Below, piece after piece: positions 17,563 to 27,181 of a stretch of DNA of 64,000 nucleotides. This stretch comes from Patescibacteria group bacterium UBA3531 (GTDB lineage Bacteria > Patescibacteriota > Minisyncoccia > Phycocordibacterales > UBA3531): the NCBI GenBank assembly GCA_002376885.1, contig DFOW01000001.1, forward strand, positions 15,381-79,380. Direction: 5' to 3'. The notes under the pieces are model-generated. The model saw only the letters and a program-made list of their open reading frames with translations. It had not been told where the DNA came from and made no database searches. The translations under genes were made by a program, and so were the position numbers. Each line of letters starts with the position of its first letter. Position 1 is the stretch's first letter.

Positions 17563-17600
17563 ACCGCCCTGGGTTTTTACCCAGGGCGGTTTTGTTTTTA
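17563..17600. terminator. bidirectional rho-independent terminator between convergent ABC and NUDIX genes
   Basis: ACCGCCCTGGG-TTTTT-ACCCAGGGCGGT, flanked by an A-run and a T-run. Confidence 0.65.
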
Positions 17601-18122
17601 TAGATATTTAAGATGTTCCCTAAAGAATCTTGCATCCCGCACGATATTAAAAGTTGTATTATAAAAACTTATTTCCCTTTTTTTGACTTTTTCTTCTTGC
17701 GAAGATAAAACCTTTAAGGCTTCACCCTTTTGTATCCATACAGGCTTTAGATTATTTTCTTTTTCTTCCTCAGTCCGGGTATCTTTGGGTAGTTCCTTCA
17801 AAACCTTAACAAAAAAGCAAGTTGTAACACTCTCTCTTTCTTCCTTGTTTCTGAACTCATGAGCTGTTCCAATTTTTTTTACTATTTTTACTCCAACATT
17901 CAACTCTTCATCACACTCACGCATAATCTCTTTTTCTAAATCATCAGACTCCGCTCCTCCTCCAGCAAGAAGGTAGCATCCATGTTTTGGGTTGGTCACA
18001 AAACCATATTCTCCCCGGCTATTAATAACAATAGCTTTTACTGTTTGCCTATTTTTATACTTGTTAGGAATTGAGTAATTAGAATCTGGATCTATGTCCT
18101 TATCTGTGAGGGTAAAGTCCAT
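17598..18122 (-). CDS. NUDIX hydrolase
   Basis: Nudix box GGGAESDDLEKEIMRECDEELNV (GX5EX7REUXEEXGU). Confidence 0.75.
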   Translation of the reverse strand: MDFTLTDKDIDPDSNYSIPNKYKNRQTVKAIVINSRGEYGFVTNPKHGCYLLAGGGAESDDLEKEIMRECDEELNVGVKIVKKIGTAHEFRNKEERESVTTCFFVKVLKELPKDTRTEEEKENNLKPVWIQKGEALKVLSSQEEKVKKREISFYNTTFNIVRDARFFREHLKYL

Positions 18123-18123
18123 A

Positions 18124-19506
18124 CTAAAGCCCTAGCTCCTTTTTTTGCTCGGGTGAAAGTTCTGACGGGGCGTCTACTACTGACGTTGCCCCTCCTCGTG
18201 TCATAGGGAATGCTTGGACTTCTCGCAAGTATTCCTCCCCTGCCAAAATCATTACGTTACGTTCCACACCAATCGCAATTCCTCCGTGTGGTGGTGTTCC
18301 AAAAGTAAACGCATCAAGTAAGTGCCCAATGCTTTCTTTTAAGTCTTCTGGGCCATAACCCATGGTTTTATATACTGCCTCCAAAACATCTTTTTTATGG
18401 ATTCGAATTCCTCCGCCCCCTACTTCAAACCCATTACAGACAAGGTCGTACTGGAGCGACAAAAGATTTTCGGTATCTTCGCCTTTCAATAATTTTTCTT
18501 CATCTTCTTTACGTGGTGCAGTAAAAGGGTTATGGCTAAAGGTCCATTTGTCCTTGCCTTCTTCTGTTCGTTCAAACACTGGTTGGTCGATTACCCATGC
18601 GTATGCCAAGATTCTTTTTTGCTTTTCTTCATTGCTACGGAGATCAAACTTATCGTCTCCGTGTTTCTCGAGTGCTTCTTTATATGAGATTCGTGGGAAA
18701 GGCTTCTCTTTAATCGTGTATCCCATGCCCTCAACCGTTGTGGTAATCATCTCTTCAATCAAGTTCAATACGTCTTCGCGATTTACAAACGACATTTCAA
18801 GGTCGATTTGTGTGTGTTCAAAACCACGGTCCGCTCGCAGGTCCTCATCTCGAATGGCTCGTGCTACTTGGAAGTACCTCTCAAACCCTGCTGTCATAAG
18901 CATTTGTTTATATTGTTGAGGAGATTGCGGGAGTGCGTAAAACTTTCCTTTATGAAGCCGAGATGGCACCACAAAGTCTCGTGATCCTTCTGGGGTACTC
19001 TTTGTTAAAAGTGGTGTCTCGATCTCAGTAAAATTATGGTTTTCTAAATAATCCCTACACAAACGCACAAACTCACTGCGGAGCTTCATATTTTTTTGCA
19101 TTCGAGGACGTCGCAAGTCTAGGTAGCGATACTTAAGACGGGTTTCTTCATCAATATCGTGCCCGTCTTCGTGTAGGTCAAACGGTGGAGTATCTGATTC
19201 GTTTAATACTTCAATATTTAAAATTTCAATCTCAATGTCTCCGTTTGGCTGATCTTCATTTACATTTTTTTCTGGACGTTTATTAACCTTGCCAGTAATA
19301 GCAAGTACCCATTCTGGGCGGACAGTGTCGGCAACTTTTACAGCCTCCTCGTGATTTGGAAGCGCTACCATTTGTACATTTCCGGTTACATCACGTAAAT
19401 CCAAAAAAACCATCTTGCCTTGATCACGACGAACATCTACCCATCCCATGGTAGTTACCTCTTGATCTATATGCTCGTGTAAATCTTTTATAAGTGTGCG
19501 TTTCAT
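18124..19506 (-). CDS. aspS: aspartyl-tRNA synthetase (short form lacking GAD insertion domain)
   Basis: Class IIb motifs FVVPSRLHKGKFYALPQSPQQYKQMLM...ERYFQVARAIRDEDLRADRGFEHTQIDLEMSF and GGGIRIH. 460 aa, against about 590 for the bacterial type. Confidence 0.85.
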   Translation of the reverse strand: MKRTLIKDLHEHIDQEVTTMGWVDVRRDQGKMVFLDLRDVTGNVQMVALPNHEEAVKVADTVRPEWVLAITGKVNKRPEKNVNEDQPNGDIEIEILNIEVLNESDTPPFDLHEDGHDIDEETRLKYRYLDLRRPRMQKNMKLRSEFVRLCRDYLENHNFTEIETPLLTKSTPEGSRDFVVPSRLHKGKFYALPQSPQQYKQMLMTAGFERYFQVARAIRDEDLRADRGFEHTQIDLEMSFVNREDVLNLIEEMITTTVEGMGYTIKEKPFPRISYKEALEKHGDDKFDLRSNEEKQKRILAYAWVIDQPVFERTEEGKDKWTFSHNPFTAPRKEDEEKLLKGEDTENLLSLQYDLVCNGFEVGGGGIRIHKKDVLEAVYKTMGYGPEDLKESIGHLLDAFTFGTPPHGGIAIGVERNVMILAGEEYLREVQAFPMTRGGATSVVDAPSELSPEQKKELGL

Positions 19507-19662
19507 ATTTAAATATTACCAGATTACACTTTTGAAAGAGCTCTCGGAGCCCGAGCGGGCATGGTGTCCTGTTTTATAGGACGAGCGAGGGCGAGAGGAG
19601 CAAAGAAATTCTCGCTGGGAATTTCTAATGCGTGTCTTTCAAAAGTCGTAATCAAAATCATA

Positions 19663-20685
19663 TTAGGTAAAGTAATTAATTTTCATTGCTGCTTTGGCTT
19701 CTTCGAGTGTTTTTTGTGCTACCTTTTGCGCTTCTTCCGTTCCCTTTTCTAAAATCTTCATGACTTCGTCTGGATTTTTTGAAAGGTATTCCCTTTTTTC
19801 TCTAATTGGTTCGATAACATCTTGAAGAACTTTTGTGAGTCTTTTTTTAAGCTCTACATCTCCCAAGCCCCCTTTTTGATATTGCTCTTTTAGTTGTGCA
19901 ACTTGATCTTTATTTGGATCAAAAATATCTAAATAGGTAAACACGACATTGCCCTCTACTTTTCCTGGCTGGTCTACATTAATATGCTCTGGATCGGTGT
20001 ACATTTTCATTACCTTCTCTTCAATTTCTTCGTTTGAGTCTGAAAGTAAAATTGCATTGCCGAGAGACTTACTTGCCTTACCTTTGCCATCAATTCCTGG
20101 GAGGCGTGCACCATGCTCTGGGACCATTGCTTTTACTTTATTAAACACTGGTGGCTCACTAGGATAAAGGCGATTAAACTTTTCTACAATTTCATTGGTT
20201 TGTTCAATCATAGGGAGTTGATCTTCTCCAACCGGCACAAGTGTTGGTTTGAATGCCAAAATATCTGCTGCTTGCGATACCGGATACGCCAAAAATCCTG
20301 CGGGGACATCTTCGTCAAAGCCTTTCTCTTTCATTTCATTCTTTACGGTTGGGTTTCGTTTTAGACGGGCAAGAGTAACTAAGTTCAAAAAATAGGTAAA
20401 GAGTTCTGGGAGCGCGGTAATCTCTGATTGAATAAACAGGGTGGATTTTTGTGGATTGAGCCCTGCGGCCAGGTTGTCTACCGCCACTTCAAATACCGAG
20501 CTACGAACCTTCTCAGGATTGTCGGCATTATCGGTAAGAGCCTGAACATCAGCAATCATAACAAACTGCTTATGGCTGTCTTGGAGTTCTACCCGATTTT
20601 TTAAGGAACCAACAAGGTGGCCCAAATGGAGCTTTCCGGTGGGCCTATCCCCCGTTAAAATTGTCTGAACATTATCTTTGTCCAT
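19663..20685 (-). CDS. trpS: tryptophanyl-tRNA synthetase (AT-rich, native-composition copy)
   Basis: 340 aa. GDRPTGKLHLGHLVG (HIGH region), LFIQSE...LVPVGEDQ, KMSKS-like GKGKASKS. Confidence 0.8.
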   Translation of the reverse strand: MDKDNVQTILTGDRPTGKLHLGHLVGSLKNRVELQDSHKQFVMIADVQALTDNADNPEKVRSSVFEVAVDNLAAGLNPQKSTLFIQSEITALPELFTYFLNLVTLARLKRNPTVKNEMKEKGFDEDVPAGFLAYPVSQAADILAFKPTLVPVGEDQLPMIEQTNEIVEKFNRLYPSEPPVFNKVKAMVPEHGARLPGIDGKGKASKSLGNAILLSDSNEEIEEKVMKMYTDPEHINVDQPGKVEGNVVFTYLDIFDPNKDQVAQLKEQYQKGGLGDVELKKRLTKVLQDVIEPIREKREYLSKNPDEVMKILEKGTEEAQKVAQKTLEEAKAAMKINYFT

Positions 20686-20703
20686 TCCGCTACTATAGCA
20701 GAT

Positions 20704-21420
20704 TTAGACGTTGGTATCTATACGATTTTCCTGTCTTCTGCCGACAATACGTGCCCACCAAAAGACGATCGCTGTGGCAAAAAATGATACCAGAGCCAAG
20801 ATAAAAGCAATGGCCGTATTTGCAGCGCTCTCTGATGGAAAGTAAAAAAATGAAGCAATTCCCCAGGCAAAACCATCAAGAGAGAGTACATATGCTTTTG
20901 CACGAGCTATTTTTGATTCTGCAATACGTGCTGTTTGAAACAGTACAAAACCAAACACACTCCCCCATACAATACTGGCAACAGCAAGCGTCCATCTAAC
21001 AAACGGGTGCGCATTCCAAAAAATAAATCCACTGTCATCTATAATTGGCTCTCTGATTTCTTGAAATGAAAAAAAGAGTGTACTAATGATCGCAAAAACA
21101 ATAACACCTAAAATGTATGGTCGATATTTAAGTATTGCTTCTCGAGCCGCAACAAACTTTGTAAAAAAGATATGGAAGTGTACAAAATAAATAAGAATAG
21201 CAGACACAATAAACCATATACCCATTATTCTAAGATCGCCGCCCGAGAGATAGAACGGCAAGCTTTGTGTATACGCATACAATGCTACCCAAATAAAAAA
21301 GAGCATCATTCCCAAGACCTCTTTTTGACGTGTCCGCAAGTACGAAACAAAAACAGAAAACACCACGAGCGTCATAACAATCGCCATAATTAACTGGAAA
21401 AGCGCCGTAAGGTTTATCAT
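20704..21420 (-). CDS. stand-alone 7TM sensor-domain paralog (no kinase domain)
   Basis: 238 aa, about 7 TM helices. Collinear similarity to the N-terminal membrane domains of the adjacent histidine kinases and to 21422..22120. Confidence 0.5.
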   Translation of the reverse strand: MINLTALFQLIMAIVMTLVVFSVFVSYLRTRQKEVLGMMLFFIWVALYAYTQSLPFYLSGGDLRIMGIWFIVSAILIYFVHFHIFFTKFVAAREAILKYRPYILGVIVFAIISTLFFSFQEIREPIIDDSGFIFWNAHPFVRWTLAVASIVWGSVFGFVLFQTARIAESKIARAKAYVLSLDGFAWGIASFFYFPSESAANTAIAFILALVSFFATAIVFWWARIVGRRQENRIDTNV

Positions 21421-21421
21421 T

Positions 21422-22120
21422 CTATTCTAGATTGTTTGGCAAAAAGCGTGGCACCCAAAATACGAGCGCCGAGAGAATGAGCGAAATAAGAGTAATGATG
21501 ATTGCAAACGAGATTTGAGAAGGGTCTGCTGACGGAAAGTATAAAACCACTGCAAGTGCCCAAATAATCCCGTTTAAGCTCAAAATATAGGCTTTTACAC
21601 GCGCTACAAGGCTCTCTGTGAAGCGTGCACTATCGAAATAGGCAAAGCTCCATAAAAGTGCCGTAAAGCCAGTTATAAGGCTAAATGCCCAGATGGCGAG
21701 AGGGTTTACATTCCATAAAATCCATCCACTTTCATCGAGTATAGGAAGCCTAAAGTCGGTAATTAAAAGCGCCATAATAAACACCCCCGACACCACCACG
21801 AGCAATCTAAAGAAGGGTCTGATTCTTTTAATAAGAGGGTTTAGGTAAAACACTTTTGTTTCAAAAAGTACGAGAACCATGACCAAAACCAAATAAACTG
21901 AAAGAATAAATCCCCATGCAACGTACTCTAAGGTTCCTACAATTAAAAACGGTAAGCTTTGTGCAAACGAATACGCAGCAAACAATGTAAAAAAGAGTCC
22001 AAGCTTAGTAAGCTCTCCTTTATGTACATCTTTTTTCCAATACGAAACAAAAAGTCCAAGCGCTGCAATGCTTGAGACAAGCGCCATAATAAATTGGAGT
22101 GCAACCGTATAATTCAGCAT
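21422..22120 (-). CDS. stand-alone 7TM sensor-domain paralog
   Basis: 232 aa. Paralogous to 20704..21420 (LFQLIMAIV../LQFIMALV.. and conserved W..P motifs). Confidence 0.5.
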   Translation of the reverse strand: MLNYTVALQFIMALVSSIAALGLFVSYWKKDVHKGELTKLGLFFTLFAAYSFAQSLPFLIVGTLEYVAWGFILSVYLVLVMVLVLFETKVFYLNPLIKRIRPFFRLLVVVSGVFIMALLITDFRLPILDESGWILWNVNPLAIWAFSLITGFTALLWSFAYFDSARFTESLVARVKAYILSLNGIIWALAVVLYFPSADPSQISFAIIITLISLILSALVFWVPRFLPNNLE

Positions 22121-22141
22121 ACTCCTATGATACTAACGTTT

Positions 22142-23824
22142 CTAAATATCCTCAAGAAAATCTTTGATCTCTTTTCGTTTTTGCACATATTCCGGGTTTG
22201 GATACTCAACAATAAATCGAGTTCCTTTTCCGCGTCCTGTAGACTCTGCCCAAATTTTACCCCCATGCGCCTCAACAATTTGCTTTGCAACATAGAGTCC
22301 CAATCCCCGCCCTTCGGTGTGCAATCTAAATGATCCTTGTGTTCGACTAAACTTCTCAAAAAGTCTACTCATCATCTCTGGCTGGATTCCCATTCCGGTA
22401 TCGGTAATAGATGTTCTGATTACTTTGTCTTGCGTGTCATTTTCAATATCAATTTTAATGGTTCCTCCTGCTGGTGTGTACTTAATAGCGTTATCAAGAA
22501 TGTTTGAATACACTTGTTCCAACTTTTCTCTGTCCCCTTCTATAATGTAATTCCCGCCAAGCGAGGCATTTAAAATTACATCAAACTTTTGTTCTTTAAG
22601 AGTGTCTCTAAAGTATTCAATCGAGGCACTTACCACATTGCGCACATTAGTTTTATCAAAAACGTATTTCATCTCCCCCTTCTCGATCCGAGAGATGTTA
22701 GTAAACTCCTGAATCACAAGCACGAGTCGCTGGCTCCCTTGAAAGATTTGATCGATTGCATTTGTTTGTTTTTTGTTATCAATTTTTCCAAACGCACCCT
22801 CAAGGAGCATTGAGGCGTATCCTTTAATCACCGTAAGGGGGGTTCTTAATTGGTGGGATGTAATAGATACAAAATCAGACTTCTCGATATCAATTTGCTC
22901 AAGGCGCTTGTTGGCAGTTTGAAGCTTTATTGCTAACTGTTCCATCTCCTCCCGCAAGTCAACCTCTTTTAAGAGTCCGCGAACCAAGTAAAAACTAAAT
23001 CCAGATACCACAAGGAAGATGGCTGTTTTAAGTGCTGTTTCAACGGGTCCTTCTGCAACAAAAATCTGAAGCAAAAGAATCACGACCATGAGTGCAATAA
23101 AGAATTGGAGCGCAACAATTTTAAAGTCCCACAACTTGTGCCGAATAATGGCGTAAGCAATAAACGATACAAAAATAAGAGTACCCACTGGTCCCATCCA
23201 GTCATTCCCTTGTACCCCAAAAGCTGGAAGAACAAGGTTAGTTAAAAGCCCTAAAACGATCGAAATTCCGGTTCCGGTAACAATAAATTTAAGTTGGTTT
23301 TTAACGTTTCCTGATGCAGTGAAGTATTTTTTAGTAAGCCATACAAGACCACCAAAAAAGTATGCAAACACAAACACTGTGTAATACCAAAATGCCCATC
23401 CAAATTCTTGTGCTTTTGCATACGGCGCAATCTCGGTTACATCAGTAATTACAGAACGCGGAATCCCTGGACTCAAAATAAGAAAAATAAGAACAATCAT
23501 TGACCCAATAACAATCCATGCTTGTCGTTTATCAAGCTTTTTATCTTCTGTTCCAAAATAATATCCAAAAAAATAAAACGCTACTGAGAAGATTGCGGCA
23601 ATCATATAGTTCATGTCACTCCAAAAAAGAGTGAGCGCATTTACCCCTGGCTGAATATAAAAGTTAATACCAATAGCCCAAATTCCTACCCCCGTAATGG
23701 TGAGCACGAAAAAGATACTACTTTTAAGTTTGCTACGAAGATAGATAAGAGACGCCAAAATAAAGTTCGTAACCGAGACGATTGCTAAAATAATGGTTCT
23801 AAAATCTACTCCTAAAAATTCCAT
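22142..23824 (-). CDS. sensor histidine kinase with N-terminal 7TM domain (HisKA + HATPase_c)
   Basis: H-box ITSHQLRTPLTVIKGY, N-box NILDNAIKYT, G1 DTGMGI, G2 GRGLGLYVAKQIVEAHGG. About 250 aa of polytopic N-terminus. Confidence 0.85.
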   Translation of the reverse strand: MEFLGVDFRTIILAIVSVTNFILASLIYLRSKLKSSIFFVLTITGVGIWAIGINFYIQPGVNALTLFWSDMNYMIAAIFSVAFYFFGYYFGTEDKKLDKRQAWIVIGSMIVLIFLILSPGIPRSVITDVTEIAPYAKAQEFGWAFWYYTVFVFAYFFGGLVWLTKKYFTASGNVKNQLKFIVTGTGISIVLGLLTNLVLPAFGVQGNDWMGPVGTLIFVSFIAYAIIRHKLWDFKIVALQFFIALMVVILLLQIFVAEGPVETALKTAIFLVVSGFSFYLVRGLLKEVDLREEMEQLAIKLQTANKRLEQIDIEKSDFVSITSHQLRTPLTVIKGYASMLLEGAFGKIDNKKQTNAIDQIFQGSQRLVLVIQEFTNISRIEKGEMKYVFDKTNVRNVVSASIEYFRDTLKEQKFDVILNASLGGNYIIEGDREKLEQVYSNILDNAIKYTPAGGTIKIDIENDTQDKVIRTSITDTGMGIQPEMMSRLFEKFSRTQGSFRLHTEGRGLGLYVAKQIVEAHGGKIWAESTGRGKGTRFIVEYPNPEYVQKRKEIKDFLEDI

Positions 23825-23825
23825 A

Positions 23826-25511
23826 TTAGCGTGTACTTATTTCGGTTACTGTTTCTGGAATCTCGACCCTGTGGCGTGCCACAAACTCGGCGAGTTCTAA
23901 ATGGAAGGTGCTCCCCGCACCCTCTCCTTTTGACTCCACCCAAATCTTTCCCCCATGCGCACGAACAATTTGCCGTGCAACATACAATCCCAATCCACGT
24001 CCTTCTTTACGTAATTTTTCTGCAGATTCGGTACGAGTATATTTTTGGAAGAGTTTTTCTTGTGCCTCTTTGCTAATACCAATCCCGTGATCTTTTACGC
24101 TCAAGTACACTTTGTGATCTCGTTTTTTAAGTGCTACTTCAATATCTGTGCCTTTAGGACTGTACTTAATGGCATTATCTATTAAGTTATTGATTACTTG
24201 GCGTAACTTAAGCGCATCTCCAATAACTGGATACTGCTGGCCTTCTCCGATATGAATTTTTAAGCGCTCGCCAACCTCAGGGGACGCTGCCTTAAGCTCG
24301 TTTACCACACTCCATAAAAGTGTCGCTACCTCAATACGGGTAAACTTATACGACATCTTCCCTTGTTCGATTCGTGAAATATTAAGAAAGTCTTCAATCA
24401 TACCAACGAGTCTTTCGCTCGCATCAAAAATATTACGGATAACTTTTTTAGCCTCTTTATTTTCGATCGGTCCAAATGTTCCCTCTAAAAGCATGGCGGC
24501 GTACCCCTTAATTACCGTAAGTGGTGTACGCAATTGGTGCGATGCGATTGACACAAACGTTGATTTTTCGACATCAATTTCTTTAAGTCGAATATTGGCA
24601 CGTTCAAGCTCTTCAGTAAGCTCTCTCACATCCTCCCGAGCCTCAACTTCTTTAAAAATTCCACGAATAAGTAAGTAACTAAAGATAGCGGTAAAAATAA
24701 AGGCGATAGATTTAAAAATAACCTTACTTAATACATCTGCAGCAACAAAAATATCTACCAAAAGAGTAAGTAACACTGCCACTACCACAATCTCGGTAAT
24801 AACGAGTTTAAAGTCCCATAACTCGCGCCTGGTAATGGCATATCCCACAATCATTAAAAGCACGATCGCAACAAGCGGCCCAAGCCACACCACGTTAGTA
24901 ACTCCAAAGAGTGGTAGAAAAAGATTTGCTGTTACCGCAACCGTGATAGAGAAGAAGGTTCCAAAAATAATGTAACGGAGTCTAATGCGCAAATCATTAC
25001 TTACTCGAGAATATTTATAAATAAGGATTGGAAACATTCCAAAAAGATACACGGCCAAAAGCGGTAAGTAGACTTTAAAAAAGAGTGGGCCATACACCAC
25101 CACATTTTGCCCGCCTTGAAACACAACATCACGAGCTGTTGCCCCTGGCGACAAAGTAAACAATAAAAGAGCAATCCATGGGCCAAATATAAAGATCTTT
25201 TGTAAAGGACTTATAACTCTATTCTCTCGTCCAATATAAAAGGCAAACAAAAACAAAAAGAGCGCCATTACAATGGGCGGGATAAATAAATAATACCCCC
25301 ACACAGGGGCAAGCCCCGTTACACTAGAGAGCTGCAAAAAGGCTCGCCCTAAAACCCAAAAACCGGCTGCAATACCTACAATCCCAAAATATCGAGTTGA
25401 GCGCTTTGTTTTATCGTGCCGATAAATACTAATCCCAATTGCAAACGATGCAAGTGCAACTAACAATAAAAGAAGTGTAATGAGTGTGTTGGCATTAAGT
25501 TCGGGAATCAT
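23826..25511 (-). CDS. sensor histidine kinase with N-terminal 7TM domain (paralog 2)
   Basis: IASHQLRTPLTVIKGY, NLIDNAIKYS, DHGIGI, GRGLGLYVARQIVRAHGG. Separated from HK1 by 1 nt. Confidence 0.85.
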   Translation of the reverse strand: MIPELNANTLITLLLLLVALASFAIGISIYRHDKTKRSTRYFGIVGIAAGFWVLGRAFLQLSSVTGLAPVWGYYLFIPPIVMALFLFLFAFYIGRENRVISPLQKIFIFGPWIALLLFTLSPGATARDVVFQGGQNVVVYGPLFFKVYLPLLAVYLFGMFPILIYKYSRVSNDLRIRLRYIIFGTFFSITVAVTANLFLPLFGVTNVVWLGPLVAIVLLMIVGYAITRRELWDFKLVITEIVVVAVLLTLLVDIFVAADVLSKVIFKSIAFIFTAIFSYLLIRGIFKEVEAREDVRELTEELERANIRLKEIDVEKSTFVSIASHQLRTPLTVIKGYAAMLLEGTFGPIENKEAKKVIRNIFDASERLVGMIEDFLNISRIEQGKMSYKFTRIEVATLLWSVVNELKAASPEVGERLKIHIGEGQQYPVIGDALKLRQVINNLIDNAIKYSPKGTDIEVALKKRDHKVYLSVKDHGIGISKEAQEKLFQKYTRTESAEKLRKEGRGLGLYVARQIVRAHGGKIWVESKGEGAGSTFHLELAEFVARHRVEIPETVTEISTR

Positions 25512-27181
25512 TATGTAGCTTGATTATTAGCGGGCGTAGCCTCTTCTTCTCGCTTTCGTTCTTGTACTGGGTTTGTGTTGGGTGGAACAAACGGAAGCTC
25601 TACACTAAACACACTTCCCTTTCCGTCACCTTCTGACTCTGCCCAAATGCGCCCTCCATGCGCCTCAACCATTTCTCGTGCAATATAGAGTCCTAACCCA
25701 GAACCACCGACTTGAATCTTCCCCACATCTTTTGCTCGGCTGAACCGCTTAAAGAGGCGTCCCGTTGTTTCCTTATTCATTCCAATACCCCTATCAACAA
25801 CTGATATTTTTATTTTTTTCTGCTCTTTGTTGTTTTCAAGAATAATTTTTACCTCTCCTTGTTTGCTGTATTTAATAGCGTTATCAACAAGGTTAGTGAT
25901 AATTTGCCGAATTTTTCCATAATCTGCTGTTACATGAATGTCCCCTTCTTGTTTTATTTCTGACACAAGCGTAAGTCCGGCAGACGAAGCAACGTGCTTC
26001 ATGCTCTCAGTTATTTCAGTAACAAGTTTTCTAACATCTACAATTCCAAAGTCATATTTCATGCGTCCTTGTTCAATGCGTGACACATTCAAAAAGTCAT
26101 CCAAAATAACATTTTGCCGTTGTGCAGAATCAAACACACGCCCCAGCATTTCTTTTGCCTTGTCGTTAATTTCTCCAAGAGACCCTTCCAACATCAAAGA
26201 GACAGCGTTTCGAATTTCTGAAATAGGAGTTTTTAGTTGGTGTGTTGCAATAGACAAGAACTCCGACTTCTCCAAATTAAGCCGCTCCAATTGCTTATTC
26301 GCCGCCGCAAGAAGCTCCCGAGCCTGCACTTCTCTAATAACGTTACGAATCAAGAGGATACCAATAATGATCGTTCCCAACAAAAGAAGTCCATCAGAAA
26401 TAATTTGTGAGAAGTCGTCTTGCGTCAGTATCCTTAAGAAAATGAATCCCCAAAGCATGAAAACAAAGAACTCTGCCAAAACAACTTTAGTATTAAAGAG
26501 CTGGTGCTTCAAAACAGCATAAAAGAGTGCTGACACCATAAAAATGACTGTTATCTGTCCCGTCCAGTTATAATCAAAATTTCCTGTTAGAGGTAAAGAT
26601 AAGTTTGTTGTAGTCCCCAAAATAGCCGTTATTAGAATTCCAAAAAAAACATAAGCAACTCGTTTTCGTTTTAAACCTGTATTGAAATAAAGTTTTTTCC
26701 CAAGAATAAAAAAGACCCATGCAAAGGTAAGGTTTAGATAAACTGCGTACATATAATGGTATAAATCTGTGAAAACAATTGTATGCTCTTTGCCGGGAGT
26801 TACAATAATTTCTCTAATCAAAAAACCATCCCACAACGAGACAAAAACTATAAAAAAGTATGGGAAAACAATTAAAAGCTTTCTCTTAAGGTCAAAGGCA
26901 TATCCTTCGTCCATAAAAATATGGGCAAAAAATATAAGGGTAATTGGTGTTCCTGCGGCGGCAAAATAAAGCACTTTTGCGTAAAGTAGTCGTAACGATT
27001 CACTTTCTACACCCCTGAACAAAACCATTGAAATTATCCATCCCAAAACAGCCAAAATAAACATCAAGAACCAAAAGTTGGTCCTTGACTTGTAATCAGA
27101 CAAAAAGACAATGGTACCGAAAGCAAGCGTAATCAAACCAACTGTTGAAATCGCTATATTTATAAGGTCAAAGTTAAACAT
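25511..27181 (-). CDS. sensor histidine kinase with N-terminal 7TM domain (paralog 3)
   Basis: IATHQLKTPISEIRN, NLVDNAIKYS, DRGIGM, GSGLGLYIAREMVEAHGG. Start overlaps the HK2 stop. Confidence 0.85.
   Translation of the reverse strand: MFNFDLINIAISTVGLITLAFGTIVFLSDYKSRTNFWFLMFILAVLGWIISMVLFRGVESESLRLLYAKVLYFAAAGTPITLIFFAHIFMDEGYAFDLKRKLLIVFPYFFIVFVSLWDGFLIREIIVTPGKEHTIVFTDLYHYMYAVYLNLTFAWVFFILGKKLYFNTGLKRKRVAYVFFGILITAILGTTTNLSLPLTGNFDYNWTGQITVIFMVSALFYAVLKHQLFNTKVVLAEFFVFMLWGFIFLRILTQDDFSQIISDGLLLLGTIIIGILLIRNVIREVQARELLAAANKQLERLNLEKSEFLSIATHQLKTPISEIRNAVSLMLEGSLGEINDKAKEMLGRVFDSAQRQNVILDDFLNVSRIEQGRMKYDFGIVDVRKLVTEITESMKHVASSAGLTLVSEIKQEGDIHVTADYGKIRQIITNLVDNAIKYSKQGEVKIILENNKEQKKIKISVVDRGIGMNKETTGRLFKRFSRAKDVGKIQVGGSGLGLYIAREMVEAHGGRIWAESEGDGKGSVFSVELPFVPPNTNPVQERKREEEATPANNQAT

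Noticed and set aside
19538-19605. GC-rich motif upstream of aspS (GCTCTCGGAGCCCGAGCGGGC / GCGAGGGCGAGAGGAGC) resembling GGGCGAGCCGAGGAGC upstream of dnaK at 46571-46600; possible shared regulatory site or small RNA
   Set aside because: Similarity is partial (shared GGCGAG..GAGGAGC only). The inverted-repeat pairing is limited to about 6 bp, and I cannot establish significance without a genome-wide motif search.
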